A DNA stretch of 64,000 nucleotides from an uncultured Candidatus Entotheonella sp. (GCA_965217185.1 OZ244252.1:928001-992000), one strand, 5' to 3'. Numbered from the stretch's first letter, positions 1 through 11,230 are shown. The notes: a model not told the origin generated them from the sequence alone. Program-made: numbers and translations.

Positions 1-449
1 TCAAAGCATTACAGGTTGTGGAGCCAAAACTGCAAAGCATTGAGGACAATTCCTCCAGCGGCATACCGCTGATCTGGGGAGATATCGGGTTGCCCGAGTT
101 GGTGCCGCTGTCCGTCATGGGCGAGGGGATGACCCAGATAGCCCGACTTGTTCTGGCGATAGCCTCCACACCGAGTGGTATTGTTCTGGTCGATGAGGTT
201 GAAAACGGCTTTCACCACTCCGTGCTGCCCGATATCTGGCGGACCGTGGATGCGGCGGCAAATCAGTTCAACACCCAGATATTTGCCACCACGCACAGTC
301 TTGAATGCGTGGTCGCGGCGCATGAATCCCTGAGCACCGATAGGTTTCGGTTGCACCGGCTTGAAACCGACGGCGAGATGCGCCGCTGTGTCACCTATGA
401 ACCGGATTCAATCAACGCTGCAATCCGCCACGGTCTTGAGGTGCGCTGA
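1..449 (+). CDS. ABC/AAA-type ATPase (AAA_15/AAA_21-like), C-terminal part, truncated by the window edge
   Basis: Signature-like MGEG, Walker B/D-loop IVLVDEVENGFH and H-switch IFATTHS; frame is open from the window start. Confidence 0.85.
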   Translation, partial: KALQVVEPKLQSIEDNSSSGIPLIWGDIGLPELVPLSVMGEGMTQIARLVLAIASTPSGIVLVDEVENGFHHSVLPDIWRTVDAAANQFNTQIFATTHSLECVVAAHESLSTDRFRLHRLETDGEMRRCVTYEPDSINAAIRHGLEVR

Positions 450-450
450 C

Positions 451-1062
451 ATGCCAAAACCCATACGAATAGAATCGCCGGTTCAGCTTCTTGTCGAGGG
501 CAATGACCAGCGCAATTTCTTCGAAGCGTTCATCGAACATTTATCGCTTGAGAATATCCAGGTTCAGGACTTCGGCGGCGTGAGCGAACTGCGCGGCTTT
601 CTGCGTGCCCTTGTGGATGCACCCGACTTTCGTAGCGCTGTTCAGAGCGTCGGCATTGTCCGCGACGCCGAAACGTCCGCCACGGGGGCGTTCCAAAGCG
701 TCCGATCCTCGTTGGAGAATGCTGGACTTCCTGTGCCGGACAGCCCCGAAAAGCGCACTGGCACCAGTCCAACGGTAACAGCACTGATACTGCCCGACGA
801 AAGGCGCCAGGGTATGCTGGAGACCCTCCTTTGCGAAAGCTTTGCGGCTACTCCGGTGGATCAATGCATCGATGGCTTTTTCAAGTGTGTCGAACAGTTG
901 TCGGACGTGTCCCTCAGTAGACCGGATAAGGCCCGTGCCCGTGTCTATCTGACAACGAAGCCCGAGTCTCATTTGTCCGTAGGCGTGGCAGCAAAGAAGG
1001 GTTACTGGGACTTGCGGCATAATGTTTTCAGTCGTGTCCGAAATTTTCTACAGATGATATAG
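451..1062 (+). CDS. DUF3226/TOPRIM-like protein partnered with the ATPase
   Basis: ATG 1 nt after the ATPase stop; LLVEGNDQ, GIVRDAE and GMLETL motifs typical of TOPRIM-like partners of ABC ATPases. Confidence 0.75.
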   Translation: MPKPIRIESPVQLLVEGNDQRNFFEAFIEHLSLENIQVQDFGGVSELRGFLRALVDAPDFRSAVQSVGIVRDAETSATGAFQSVRSSLENAGLPVPDSPEKRTGTSPTVTALILPDERRQGMLETLLCESFAATPVDQCIDGFFKCVEQLSDVSLSRPDKARARVYLTTKPESHLSVGVAAKKGYWDLRHNVFSRVRNFLQMI

Positions 1063-1171
1063 CTACAATATCTTGACGAGCCCGTCCCAACTGAACAGAA
1101 CAGAAACCCGCTGGCGCGTTCAAGGCTGAAACCAGCTGGCTCAAGAGTCTCCGCACAAGGGTTGCTCGCCC

Positions 1172-3145
1172 ATGAGCAAGATTCTCCCCATCAATCTGGA
1201 CGACCTTCTCCATTGCCGCGGTGTGGAGTCGGAGCGCGTCGAATTCAAAACCTCCTGGGACGAACACACGACCGGCCCGCAGGTCCTCCGAACGATCTGC
1301 GCCTTTGCGAACGACTATCACAACCTGAACGGCGGTTACGTCGTCATGGGCGTTGAGGAACGCGAAGGCCGCGCCGCCCTGCCCCCATCGGGTCTGTCCC
1401 CCGAGGAGGTCGAGGCGGCGCAGAAGTGGATTCGCGGCAACTGCAACCGGCTGGACCCGCCCTATCCGCCCATTCTGTCACCTGAAATGATTGACGACCG
1501 GCTCGTCCTGGTCATCTGGGCGCCGGCGAGCGAGATGCGGCCCCACCGCGCACCTTCGGATGAGGGGTCAGGGCGGTACTGGGTCCGCCTCGGCGCCGAG
1601 ACCGTTGATGCCGAGCGGCGCGGCGATTTGCTCCGGGGTCTGATTCAGCAGACGGCCCGGGTGCCGTGGGACGATCGCCGGGCGGCAGATGCGCAAGTCG
1701 AGGACTTGCGCGGGGCGAAGGTGCGCGAGTTCCTGCGCGACGTGCGCAGCGGGCTCCTTGAGGAACCGAACGAACGGGAAATCTATCGGCGTATGCGGCT
1801 GACGGTGCGGGTCAACGATCACGAGGCGCCCCGAAACGCGGGCCTCCTCTTCTTCTCGAACAATCCCACGGAATGGTTCCGGGGCGCCAAGATCGAAGTC
1901 GTGCAGTTCGCCGCCGACCGGGCCGGAAACGTGCAGGAGGAGCGCATCTTTGGCGGTGCCCTCGTGGACCAGCTTCGGGATTGCCTGACGTATCTGGAGA
2001 ACTTCTCGACGTTCCATCTGCAAAAACAGCGGGACCGGAGCCAGGTTCGCGGCTGGGTCAGCTATCCGCTGCCCGCGCTGCGCGAAACGCTCGTCAATGC
2101 GCTGTATCACCGCGGTTACGACGTCGATCAGCCCGATCCCACCAAGGTCTATCTCTATCCGAGCCGGATGGAGGTCATCAGCTATCCCGGACCGGTTCTG
2201 GGTATCGAACCCCGGCACCTGCTTCCGGACGCGGAGGTTCGGGCCGTGCCTGCCCGTAATCGCCGCATCGGTGAGTTCCTGAAGGAGTTGGGGCTCGCCG
2301 AAGGGCGCCTCTCCGGGTTGCCAAAGGTTTATGAGGCCATGGCCGCCAACGGATCACCGGTACCGCGCTTTGAATTTGATGAACAGCGGACCTATTTCCA
2401 GGCCACGCTTCCGGCTCACCCGGAGTACGGCGCTTTATCGGCGTTGCGCGACGCGGCCCATCTGCGGGCGCTGGGGGAGCAGGACGAAGCGTTTCGGCGC
2501 CTGGAGTCGGCGTGGCTCTCCAACTCGGGTTCGGCGGTTCTGGCTGCGGAGATGATCCGCGAGTATGCGGCGCGTGGTGAGACCGGACGCGCCGAAAAGG
2601 TGCTGGAGACGTTTGAGGCGGAAGGACCGGCGAGTGCGGCCGCCCACGTCGCCAATATCTTGATCGAAGTGCTGCTGGAGGTTGGACAAGCAGACAAGGC
2701 GCAGGAAATGCTGAGGCGGAATGATCCGATTTTGTTCAGTCAGGACGCCATCGATGCCGCTATCCTGGCGCGGCGCGCCAGAGACTTCCGGGTCGCCCAC
2801 CGTTTGTTTGAACGCGCCGGTGACACAGTGCAAGCTGACCCCCGCGCCCTGCTTGAGTTCGCCCAGACCAAGCTTTCGTTGGCGACCGAAGCCCACTATC
2901 AACGACGGCGCGACCTGAACCGCAGGTTTCTCACCGAGGCTGGGACTTTGTTGGAGCGCGTCATTCAACTGGATGCGTCGCCCACCCGTCATGCCTGGGC
3001 TTGGCGCGAATTGGCCCGCACGCTCCGCTGGCTGCGAGCGCCGTTGCGGGAAGTTGAAGCGGCTTATCGCAGGGCTATCGACCTGCTGCCTGAAGAACGG
3101 AGATTTGCTCAGGAATGGGAAAGAATACGAGCTTCACGCGGATGA
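1172..3145 (+). CDS. Schlafen/AlbA_2 domain + HATPase_c_4 (RecG-C-like) domain + C-terminal TPR-like helical region
   Basis: ESERVEFK and ICAFAN..GGYVVMGV (AlbA_2); LRETLVNALYHRGY, SYPG and RNRRIGEFLKELGLAEG (HATPase_c_4); Ala/Leu/Glu helical repeats ending AYRRAIDLLP. Confidence 0.8.
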   Translation: MSKILPINLDDLLHCRGVESERVEFKTSWDEHTTGPQVLRTICAFANDYHNLNGGYVVMGVEEREGRAALPPSGLSPEEVEAAQKWIRGNCNRLDPPYPPILSPEMIDDRLVLVIWAPASEMRPHRAPSDEGSGRYWVRLGAETVDAERRGDLLRGLIQQTARVPWDDRRAADAQVEDLRGAKVREFLRDVRSGLLEEPNEREIYRRMRLTVRVNDHEAPRNAGLLFFSNNPTEWFRGAKIEVVQFAADRAGNVQEERIFGGALVDQLRDCLTYLENFSTFHLQKQRDRSQVRGWVSYPLPALRETLVNALYHRGYDVDQPDPTKVYLYPSRMEVISYPGPVLGIEPRHLLPDAEVRAVPARNRRIGEFLKELGLAEGRLSGLPKVYEAMAANGSPVPRFEFDEQRTYFQATLPAHPEYGALSALRDAAHLRALGEQDEAFRRLESAWLSNSGSAVLAAEMIREYAARGETGRAEKVLETFEAEGPASAAAHVANILIEVLLEVGQADKAQEMLRRNDPILFSQDAIDAAILARRARDFRVAHRLFERAGDTVQADPRALLEFAQTKLSLATEAHYQRRRDLNRRFLTEAGTLLERVIQLDASPTRHAWAWRELARTLRWLRAPLREVEAAYRRAIDLLPEERRFAQEWERIRASRG

Positions 3146-3358
3146 TTGCAGCGGAATGAGAGGCGCGGTAGGGCATTGCTGGGGCCGTGGCACCAGATGT
3201 TGTCGGGAATTGTGATTCAAAGTTTAAGGTAATTATGAAAACTTTGCTTTAACGTAAGACATGGCTGAAGCATTTTATTGTGGGCTATCGAATTTATGTC
3301 TAGGAAAGTGATGTTAAATAGCCTTGCGGTATTGACGCTGCGATGTTTCTCCCAAAGG

Positions 3359-3412
3359 GTCATTCCCGCGAAAACGGGAATCCACTGGATGCCGGGTCAA
3401 GCCCGGCATGAC
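3359..3412. repeat. Double-hairpin palindromic element (GTCATTCCCGCG...GGGAATCCA / TGGATGCCGGGTCAAGCCCGGCATGAC; RPE/dRS3-like)
   Basis: GTCAT...ATGAC termini enclosing two internal hairpins; intergenic. Confidence 0.7.
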
Positions 3413-3680
3413 GTGCAGGCGGAGCATATACCTCAGGACGATAGCGTTCTGGCTGATCGACAGGGGGATATGGCGGTGGCAGGAGTTGTCGAGTAAATAG
3501 GCAAGAATTGTCGAAAATTACGGGCCAAAGTTCAGGAGAAATCTACAAATTTCGTTTTAACGCGAGCGCGTTGAATGCTCAGAAATTAACGGCGCTTCCA
3601 AAAACAACTCCTGTTGCCTTGCAACGCGCTCGCTTTGACGAGGTGCGGCGTGCCTGCTTGGGTAAATCCAGCAGCACCTT

Positions 3681-4439
3681 CTACTGTGCCACCCAACCGC
3701 CGTCCACGACGACCTCAGTGCCCGTAACGTAGCGGGACTCATCGGAGGCCAGGTAGAGGACGGCGTAAGCGACGTCTTCAGGCTGGCCGAACCTGCCGAG
3801 AGGTATCCGCGACAGCATGAGGTTGTAGGCTTCGGGGTCGGACCGTCGCCCCGCGGTCATGGGTGTGACAATCGGACCGGGATGAACGGAGTTGACCCGT
3901 ATGCCCTCTCTGGCGTATTGGACAGCGGTCGCCTTGGTGAAGATACGCACCGCGCCCTTGGACGCTTGGTATTGGGGGGTGCTGTTGTCCGTGCCCACCA
4001 GCCCCAGTTGGGAGGAGATGTTGATGATGGAGCCGCCTCCTGCCTTGCGCATCTCCGGTATGGCGGCCTTGGTCCCCAGAAATACGCCCGTGCTGTTGAC
4101 GGCCATTACCCTCTCCCAGTCCGCCAGGGAGGTTTCTTCTACCAAGCTGCTAACGCCTCCGATGCCGGCGTTGTTGACCAGGATGTCCAGTCTGCCGAAA
4201 CGGGATGCGGTGATGGCGATGGCTTCTTGCCAATTGGCCTCGCTGGTCACGTCCAGATGAATGAAGACGCAGTCGCCGCCGGTTTCGTTAATCTCCGCTT
4301 CCACCCGGCGGCCATCGTCGTCCAGGACGTCGCCAATGGCGACTTTGGCGCCTTCTTTGGCGAACAGCCGTGCCTCGGCGGCGCCCATGCCGCGAGCGCC
4401 GCCACTGATGATTGCTACCTTCCCATCGAGTCTTCCCAT
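3681..4439 (-). CDS. SDR family oxidoreductase
   Basis: [17 protein letters not shown]. Confidence 0.95.
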   Translation of the reverse strand: MGRLDGKVAIISGGARGMGAAEARLFAKEGAKVAIGDVLDDDGRRVEAEINETGGDCVFIHLDVTSEANWQEAIAITASRFGRLDILVNNAGIGGVSSLVEETSLADWERVMAVNSTGVFLGTKAAIPEMRKAGGGSIINISSQLGLVGTDNSTPQYQASKGAVRIFTKATAVQYAREGIRVNSVHPGPIVTPMTAGRRSDPEAYNLMLSRIPLGRFGQPEDVAYAVLYLASDESRYVTGTEVVVDGGWVAQ

Positions 4440-4489
4440 TGTGAACCTCCTGAAGGAAAGCGCCTGGTCGTATCCGTTCGGTGTCCTGC

Positions 4490-5032
4490 TCAGCCTTGCA
4501 GCAACGCCACTCGGGTAGCCTCGTAACCGGAGTCGCTTTCCACCACGTCCACTTCCACGGCGGCGCCTTCGTTGATCATTTCGAAGGCGTCGCCCACGAC
4601 GACGTTGCGCAGGAAGTGGATCTCTTCATCGGCGCCGATATCGACGTAGCCGTAGCCCTGTTCAGGAGCGACGTGGACGACTTGCCCGGAAAGCCGAGGT
4701 CCTGATTTGGCGGCTTTCAGACGCTGCTTGTCCAGCCCGCGGCGTTTGCTGCGAAAATCGGACAGTTCGCGCGTCAGAGCCTGCAAGGCGTTGTGGATTG
4801 CATCGTCGATGTCTTTGCCGATTTTGGATGCCTGGATGAGCTTGCGGCGCGCCATGGAGAGCATAAAGCGGGCTTCGTCGCTGCCGTGCTGGTGGTGCGT
4901 GCTCTTCACTAAGGTCACGCGCGCGTGGATGATGTCGTTGTGTCGGGCGTTGAGTTTCTCCAGCGAGGACGTAATCGTGGCCCGCAATTCGTCATAGATA
5001 TCGAAGTGCTGCGTGTCGATCTGAATATCCAT
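4490..5032 (-). CDS. HPF/RaiA-family protein fused to a cold-shock domain
   Basis: MDIQID start with GGAGG RBS; S30AE-like N-terminus; C-terminal GYGYVD...EIHFLRN cold-shock-like motifs. Confidence 0.8.
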   Translation of the reverse strand: MDIQIDTQHFDIYDELRATITSSLEKLNARHNDIIHARVTLVKSTHHQHGSDEARFMLSMARRKLIQASKIGKDIDDAIHNALQALTRELSDFRSKRRGLDKQRLKAAKSGPRLSGQVVHVAPEQGYGYVDIGADEEIHFLRNVVVGDAFEMINEGAAVEVDVVESDSGYEATRVALLQG

Positions 5033-5217
5033 TTGTGTACCTCCTTGCCTCGTGCATGGTAATGGCGCCCATGTCTTCCGACGCCCATAGAGATTATTGT
5101 ACCCCCTACCCGGCGCCGCGTCAGCATGGCTTGCGAGGGGGTATGGGAGCATTTAGAATAGCCGCCCATCGGAATGCCGGAAAGTCGTGCACGGGAGCGG
5201 GATCGACAGGAGCGAGG

Positions 5218-6153
5218 ATGATCGTTGCGTTGGCAGGCGGCGTGGGAGCCGCCAAATTTTTGCGCGGCCTGGTTGACCTCGTGGACCCCGCAACGGTCAC
5301 CATTGTCAGCAACACCGGCGACGATCTGGAACGTTTTGGCCTCCACATCAGCCCGGACATCGATATCGTCGCTTACACGCTGGCCGGGTTGGTGGATGAG
5401 GAGCGCGGCTGGGGCATTCGCGGCGACACCTTCGAAGCCCTGGCGATGCTGCAGCGTTACGGCGAGGCGGGGTGGTTCAACCTCGGTGACCGCGACCTGG
5501 CGACCCATATCCTGCGCACCGAACGCCTGCGGGCCGGCGAAAGTCTGACCGGCGTCACCAAGTCCTTATGCCAAGCCCTCAACGTCCGGTCGCGCATTCT
5601 TCCGATGTGCGATCAGGCCGTTCCCACGCTGATTCGGACCCCTGCGGGGGTGTTTCATTTCCAGGAGTATCTGGTGCAGCGGGGTGGCCGGGAGGAGGTT
5701 CTGGAGGTCATTTTCCAGGGCGCGGAGCAGGCCCGACCGGCTGCGGGCGTGTGCGCGGCGCTGGCTCAGGCCGATGCAATCCTCATCTGCCCGAGCAATC
5801 CCATTATCAGTATCGGCACGATTCTGGCGGTGCCCGGCATGCGTCAAGCCATCGTTGACAGCCCGGCGCCGGTGGTGGCGGTCAGCCCGATCGTTGCCGG
5901 GAAGACGCTGAAAGGCCCGGCGGACCTGATGCTTCGTGGTCTGGGGCTGGAGGTTTCGGCGTGTGGGGTAGCCCAGTACTATGGGGACCTGCTGCACGGG
6001 ATGGTGATCGACACGCAGGACGCCGGCTTGCAGCCGCGCCTGGCCGGCATGGGGTTGCGGGTTGAGGTGACGAACACCGTCATGCGCAGCCTCGAAGACA
6101 AACGCGCGTTGGCGCGCACCGCGCTAAACCTTTCAAGGGCGTTATCCAAATGA
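5218..6153 (+). CDS. cofD: 2-phospho-L-lactate transferase
   Basis: LAGGVGAAKF, NTGDD, SPDIDIV.YTLAG, HFQEY, PSNP.ISI. Confidence 0.95.
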   Translation: MIVALAGGVGAAKFLRGLVDLVDPATVTIVSNTGDDLERFGLHISPDIDIVAYTLAGLVDEERGWGIRGDTFEALAMLQRYGEAGWFNLGDRDLATHILRTERLRAGESLTGVTKSLCQALNVRSRILPMCDQAVPTLIRTPAGVFHFQEYLVQRGGREEVLEVIFQGAEQARPAAGVCAALAQADAILICPSNPIISIGTILAVPGMRQAIVDSPAPVVAVSPIVAGKTLKGPADLMLRGLGLEVSACGVAQYYGDLLHGMVIDTQDAGLQPRLAGMGLRVEVTNTVMRSLEDKRALARTALNLSRALSK

Positions 6154-6836
6154 CCTACGTCGTCATTCCCGCCAAAGACTTTCACGGCGCCAAACAGCGT
6201 TTGGCAGGGCTGTTGCAGCCCCACGAACGTTCGGCGTTGGCCCGGGCCACCTTGACCGATACGCTGACGGCGTGCGTGCAGGCTGAGGGGCTGGCGGGCA
6301 TCGGCGTGGTGACCTGCGACCGTGAGGTGGCCGAGTTGGCCGAGTCGCTGCGGGCGGAAATACTGTGGGAAGCCGAGGCCCGCGGGCAAAGCGCGGCCGT
6401 GGCCAAGGGCGGCCGGGAATGCCTGCGGCGGGGCATCCCTTCTATGCTGACCATGCCGGGCGATATTCCGCTGCTGACGGCCGCGGACGTCGAGGCGCTG
6501 GCGTCGGCTGCGTTGGCGTCGTCGTCCGTGGTCCTGGTGCCCAATCGCGAAGATACGGGGACGAATGCCCTGGTGCTGACGCCGCCCGACTGTCTGCCGG
6601 TGGCCTTCGGCGACGATAGCTTCCGACGCCATCTGCGATTGTGTGCGGAACGCGACTTGGCGGTTGACGTGCGCCGTATGCCGCGGGTGGCTCTCGATAT
6701 CGACACGCCGGAGGACCTGGCGGTGTTTGTCGCACAACGTGTTCCCAGCCATAGCTTGCAGGCGCTGACGGACCTCGGCGTTCTCGAACGCTGTACAGTC
6801 GCGCCCTGCCCTGTTGCGAGTGACCCATCATCATGA
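6150..6836 (+). CDS. cofC: 2-phospho-L-lactate/PEP guanylyltransferase
   Basis: VVIPAK...AKQRL, GDIPLL, GTNAL, FG..SF..H, DIDTPEDL; ATGA overlap with cofD. Confidence 0.93.
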   Translation: MTYVVIPAKDFHGAKQRLAGLLQPHERSALARATLTDTLTACVQAEGLAGIGVVTCDREVAELAESLRAEILWEAEARGQSAAVAKGGRECLRRGIPSMLTMPGDIPLLTAADVEALASAALASSSVVLVPNREDTGTNALVLTPPDCLPVAFGDDSFRRHLRLCAERDLAVDVRRMPRVALDIDTPEDLAVFVAQRVPSHSLQALTDLGVLERCTVAPCPVASDPSS

Positions 6837-7591
6837 CTATTTCCGAAGTGCGGATTCTGAGTGTCCCGGGCATCCCCATTATTGTGCCGGGCGATGATCT
6901 GGCCGGCCTCATTCAGCAGGCAGCCGAGAACGCATCGCTGGCAGTGCAAGACGGCGACATTGTGGTGGTGACCCAGAAAATCGTCTCCAAGGCCGAGGGC
7001 TGCCTGGTGTCGCTGGCCGACGTGACGCCTTCCCCCCTGGCTATAACGTTCGCCGACCAATGGGACAAGGACGCCCGGCAGGTCGAGGTAGTGCTGCAGG
7101 CGTCGCGGCGCATCGTCAAGATGGACCGCGGGGTCATCATCGCCGAGACGCATCACGGCTTCATTTGCGCCAACGCCGGTGTTGACCGGTCCAACATGGA
7201 GGGCGACGACGTGGTCGCCGTGCTGCCGCCGGACCCGGATGCCTCGGCACGTGCCATTCGTGACCGCTTGCGGGAGCAGATGGGCGTGGAGGTGGCGGTA
7301 ATTATCTCGGATACCTTCGGGCGGCCTTGGCGCGAAGGTCTGGTTAACGTCGCCATCGGCCTTGCGGGGATGCTGGCCAACGTGGACTACACGGGCCAAT
7401 ACGACGCGCAGGGCTATGAACTGAAGGTGACGGCCCTGTCAGTGGCGGACGAATTGGCGGCCGCTGCCGAACTGGTCATGAACAAGCTGGACAACGTGCC
7501 GGTTGCCGTCATTCGGGGCTATGACTACCCGCGCGGCGACGGTGATCTGAGCCAACTGATCCGCGATCCGGAGCGAGATTTGTTCCGTTGA
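6833..7591 (+). CDS. cofE: Coenzyme F420-0:L-glutamate ligase
   Basis: TQKIVSKAEG, CANAGVDRSN, SDTFGRPWR, DLFR end. Confidence 0.95.
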   Translation: MTISEVRILSVPGIPIIVPGDDLAGLIQQAAENASLAVQDGDIVVVTQKIVSKAEGCLVSLADVTPSPLAITFADQWDKDARQVEVVLQASRRIVKMDRGVIIAETHHGFICANAGVDRSNMEGDDVVAVLPPDPDASARAIRDRLREQMGVEVAVIISDTFGRPWREGLVNVAIGLAGMLANVDYTGQYDAQGYELKVTALSVADELAAAAELVMNKLDNVPVAVIRGYDYPRGDGDLSQLIRDPERDLFR

Positions 7592-7607
7592 GAGAAAAGG
7601 AGTGCAC

Positions 7608-8255
7608 GTGATCGTCAGCATTTTGGGGGGTACGGGCGAGCAAGGCCCGGGCATGGCGTTGCGGTGGGCCAAGGGCGGTATTCAGGTCATCATCGGCTCC
7701 CGGCAGCAGAGTAAGGCGGCGCAGGTGGCCGACGAGTTGAACGAGGAACTGGGCGAAGCATTGATCCAGGGTATGGCGAATCCAGAAGCGGCTGCGGCTG
7801 CCGAGGTCGTGGCCCTCACCGTGCCCTTTTCCGCTCACAAGAGCACGATCGAGTCGGTCAAGGCGCACCTGAAAGGCAAGGTGTTCATCGACGTCTGCGT
7901 GCCCCTGGACCCCGAGAATCCCCGCAAGATGCTGATGCCCCCGGCCGGTTCGGCGACCGAGGAGGCGCAGTCCCTCCTGGGCAATGACGTGAAGGTGGTG
8001 GCCGCGTTTCAGAACGTCGCGGCGCACGAGTTGCGTCACCTCGATCACGGGATCGAGTGCGACGTGCTGGTGTGCGGCAACGACCGCACGGCGCGGCAAA
8101 CGGTGATCGATCTGGTGAAACAGATGGGACTGCACTCGGTTGACGCCGGTCTGGCGTACAACGCCCGCGTCGTGGAAAGCCTCACCGCCCTGCTCATCGG
8201 CCTCAACATCCGCAACAAGGTTAAGGGCAGCGGCATACACGTCACCGGCCTCTAG
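7608..8255 (+). CDS. npdG: NADPH-dependent F420 reductase
   Basis: ILGGTGEQG, IIGSR, VVAAFQNV, VESLTALLIGLN; GTG start after AAGGAG. Confidence 0.9.
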   Translation: MIVSILGGTGEQGPGMALRWAKGGIQVIIGSRQQSKAAQVADELNEELGEALIQGMANPEAAAAAEVVALTVPFSAHKSTIESVKAHLKGKVFIDVCVPLDPENPRKMLMPPAGSATEEAQSLLGNDVKVVAAFQNVAAHELRHLDHGIECDVLVCGNDRTARQTVIDLVKQMGLHSVDAGLAYNARVVESLTALLIGLNIRNKVKGSGIHVTGL

Positions 8256-8317
8256 CTCCGGGCGATATGGTAGAATCCCTGTCCTTGCCCTGCCGGGTTT
8301 CAGGGCTGCCCTGTATT

Positions 8318-8391
8318 GCCCCCTTAGCTCAGTTGGATAGAGCATCGGACTTCTAATCCGAGGGTCAGAGGTTCAAGTCCTCTAGGGGGTA
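8318..8391 (+). tRNA. tRNA-Arg(TCT), CCA not encoded
   Basis: Acceptor stem GCCCCCT/AGGGGGT; anticodon arm TCGGA-CT-TCT-AA-TCCGA; T arm AGAGG-TTCAAGT-CCTCT. Confidence 0.95.
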
Positions 8392-8464
8392 TTGAAGATC
8401 AGGAACCGCATTTTGTCGTTGCCTGTCGCTCATGCCTCGGGTTTTGTTCGCAGAAATTGCCTCC

Positions 8465-8785
8465 CTACTGCCGAACCGCCTGCACTCTGAGGTGCAGACC
8501 TTCGCGCTCCCGCAGGTGACCGATAATCTCGAACAAATTCCGGGCTTGAGGGTTGCCCTTGGGTCCGAGCATGTGCATGAGGCTTTTGGACGACTTGGCC
8601 GTGCGCTCGCCGAGTTCCTTGAAGCCCATGGTGGCATTGATGTAGTTGCGCAGCATCGCCTTGCCGACATCCAAATCCCCCGCCAGCAGGCATTCGATAC
8701 TTTCCCTGAGCAGTTCTTCGCGAAAGGCCGCGTCCTGCTGGGCGCGCGCCCTTACCGTCTCCTTGAAATCTCGCGTCAACGTCAT
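8465..8785 (-). CDS. HigA-like HTH antitoxin (addiction module antidote)
   Basis: LRNYINAT.GF..L...T....KSL..ML...GNP; ATGA overlap with the upstream toxin. Confidence 0.85.
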   Translation of the reverse strand: MTLTRDFKETVRARAQQDAAFREELLRESIECLLAGDLDVGKAMLRNYINATMGFKELGERTAKSSKSLMHMLGPKGNPQARNLFEIIGHLREREGLHLRVQAVRQ

Positions 8786-9117
8786 GATTCTCCTAACCGC
8801 CGCTTACGGCGCCTGTACCCCGCCCAAAGGCTCCTGGCGGTTTCGATGTCCCTCTGCTGACGTACCTTGGTACCGCCCCCGAGCAGGATGACCAACGTGT
8901 TTCCCTCCCTGCCGAAGTAGACCCGATAGCCGGGGCCGAAGTTTATCCGGTATTCAAAGACACCGGCGCCGACACCCTGCACGTTGGAAAAATTGCCTTG
9001 TTCCATCCGCGTGAATGCCGTCGTTACCTTAGCCGCTGCGGTTGGGTCGAGTGCGACGAACCACTTGGCAAAGGGGCTGTTGCCTTCTTCGTCAACGTAC
9101 TCGCGGATTTCGATCAT
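8782..9117 (-). CDS. RelE/HigB-family toxin (addiction module killer)
   Basis: GNFSNVQGVG.GVFEYRI.FGPGYRVYF...LLGGGTK..QQRDI. Confidence 0.92.
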   Translation of the reverse strand: MIEIREYVDEEGNSPFAKWFVALDPTAAAKVTTAFTRMEQGNFSNVQGVGAGVFEYRINFGPGYRVYFGREGNTLVILLGGGTKVRQQRDIETARSLWAGYRRRKRRLGES

Positions 9118-9389
9118 TTCTCGATAGTAAGATATAAGTCACCAAATTAACAGGCCAAGGATTGGCGTCGGAAGATCGGTGGTTGCGGCGGTCCTGATTG
9201 CGGCGTGACGAATCCTTCTTCCCAACTGCCTGGTATCCTCCTAATCCGGTCAACCCCGGTCGGGAAGAAGTACCGTTTGTATCGTGTTGGTTCCGGTAGA
9301 GCAGTGTGGAGAAAGGCTTGTCGGTGATACTGAGCCGAGCCATCGGAGGCTCGGAACTCTTCCGGGTATTCAAGGAACAGGGGTGCATC

Positions 9390-10517
<1,128 letters not shown>

Positions 10518-10549
10518 CCCGTTGGTTATCCCGTTGACGGGCAGCCCTC

Positions 10550-11230
10550 TCAGCCCTGAAGCAGGCGCGCCACGTGCCGGTGCTGCCAAGCCTCGGCTTG
10601 CTCAAAGTGTGGGAATCGGCGCTCTGCGCGACGAAACGCCGGGGTGTGAATCGACCAACGGCCGTTGATGCGTTGCGGCGGGTTGAACTGGTGCAGCATC
10701 TCGTGGAACACGACGTTCTCGACCACGTATCGCGGCACGAACGCCTGGTCCAACAGGGGATTGATACGGATTAGCCGCTCACTGGAATTGTAAGCCCCGA
10801 AGCGTATCGACCGGCGCGGGCGCCTCGGTGGTTGGCGGCCCCAGGTAATGCGTGCCTGCACTTGCTTGCCAAAATAGTCGCGGTTCAAGGCTTGGTAAAT
10901 GGCTTCAAGGTCGAAATACTGCCCTCCGGGTCGAAGTGTGCGGGCATGGGCGCGGCGTTGGCGCTGGGGTTTCAGCAGATGCTGGTGACGTCGCACGTAT
11001 TGCCGGAGGATGGCGGACGCCCCGGCGTCTGTTCCTCGGACGTGGTCGACCAAGGCCCCCCACACGGTTCCAGGCGCTTGGCGAAACAGTTGCTGTACTC
11101 GCAGGTGATACCCGGCGACCGCGTTGCCTTTGACCGATATCATCACGGAGCGATTGTCGGTCCACACCAATGACACAGGCGCGGAAAGCCGCTGGCTGAG
11201 CCATAAGCGCCGTTCGTCATCCCCGCCCAT
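10550..11230 (-). CDS. SprT-like zinc metalloprotease domain protein
   Basis: LNRDYF, ITWG, IRINPLLD, FHEMLH (HExxH), H...F...E; RBS GGAAGGA. Confidence 0.8.
   Translation of the reverse strand: MGGDDERRLWLSQRLSAPVSLVWTDNRSVMISVKGNAVAGYHLRVQQLFRQAPGTVWGALVDHVRGTDAGASAILRQYVRRHQHLLKPQRQRRAHARTLRPGGQYFDLEAIYQALNRDYFGKQVQARITWGRQPPRRPRRSIRFGAYNSSERLIRINPLLDQAFVPRYVVENVVFHEMLHQFNPPQRINGRWSIHTPAFRRAERRFPHFEQAEAWQHRHVARLLQG

Noticed and set aside
3290..3320. dif-like site (TGATGTTAAAT resembles a XerD arm)
   Set aside because: No ATAA-ending XerC arm at 6-nt spacing; AT-rich context makes a chance match likely
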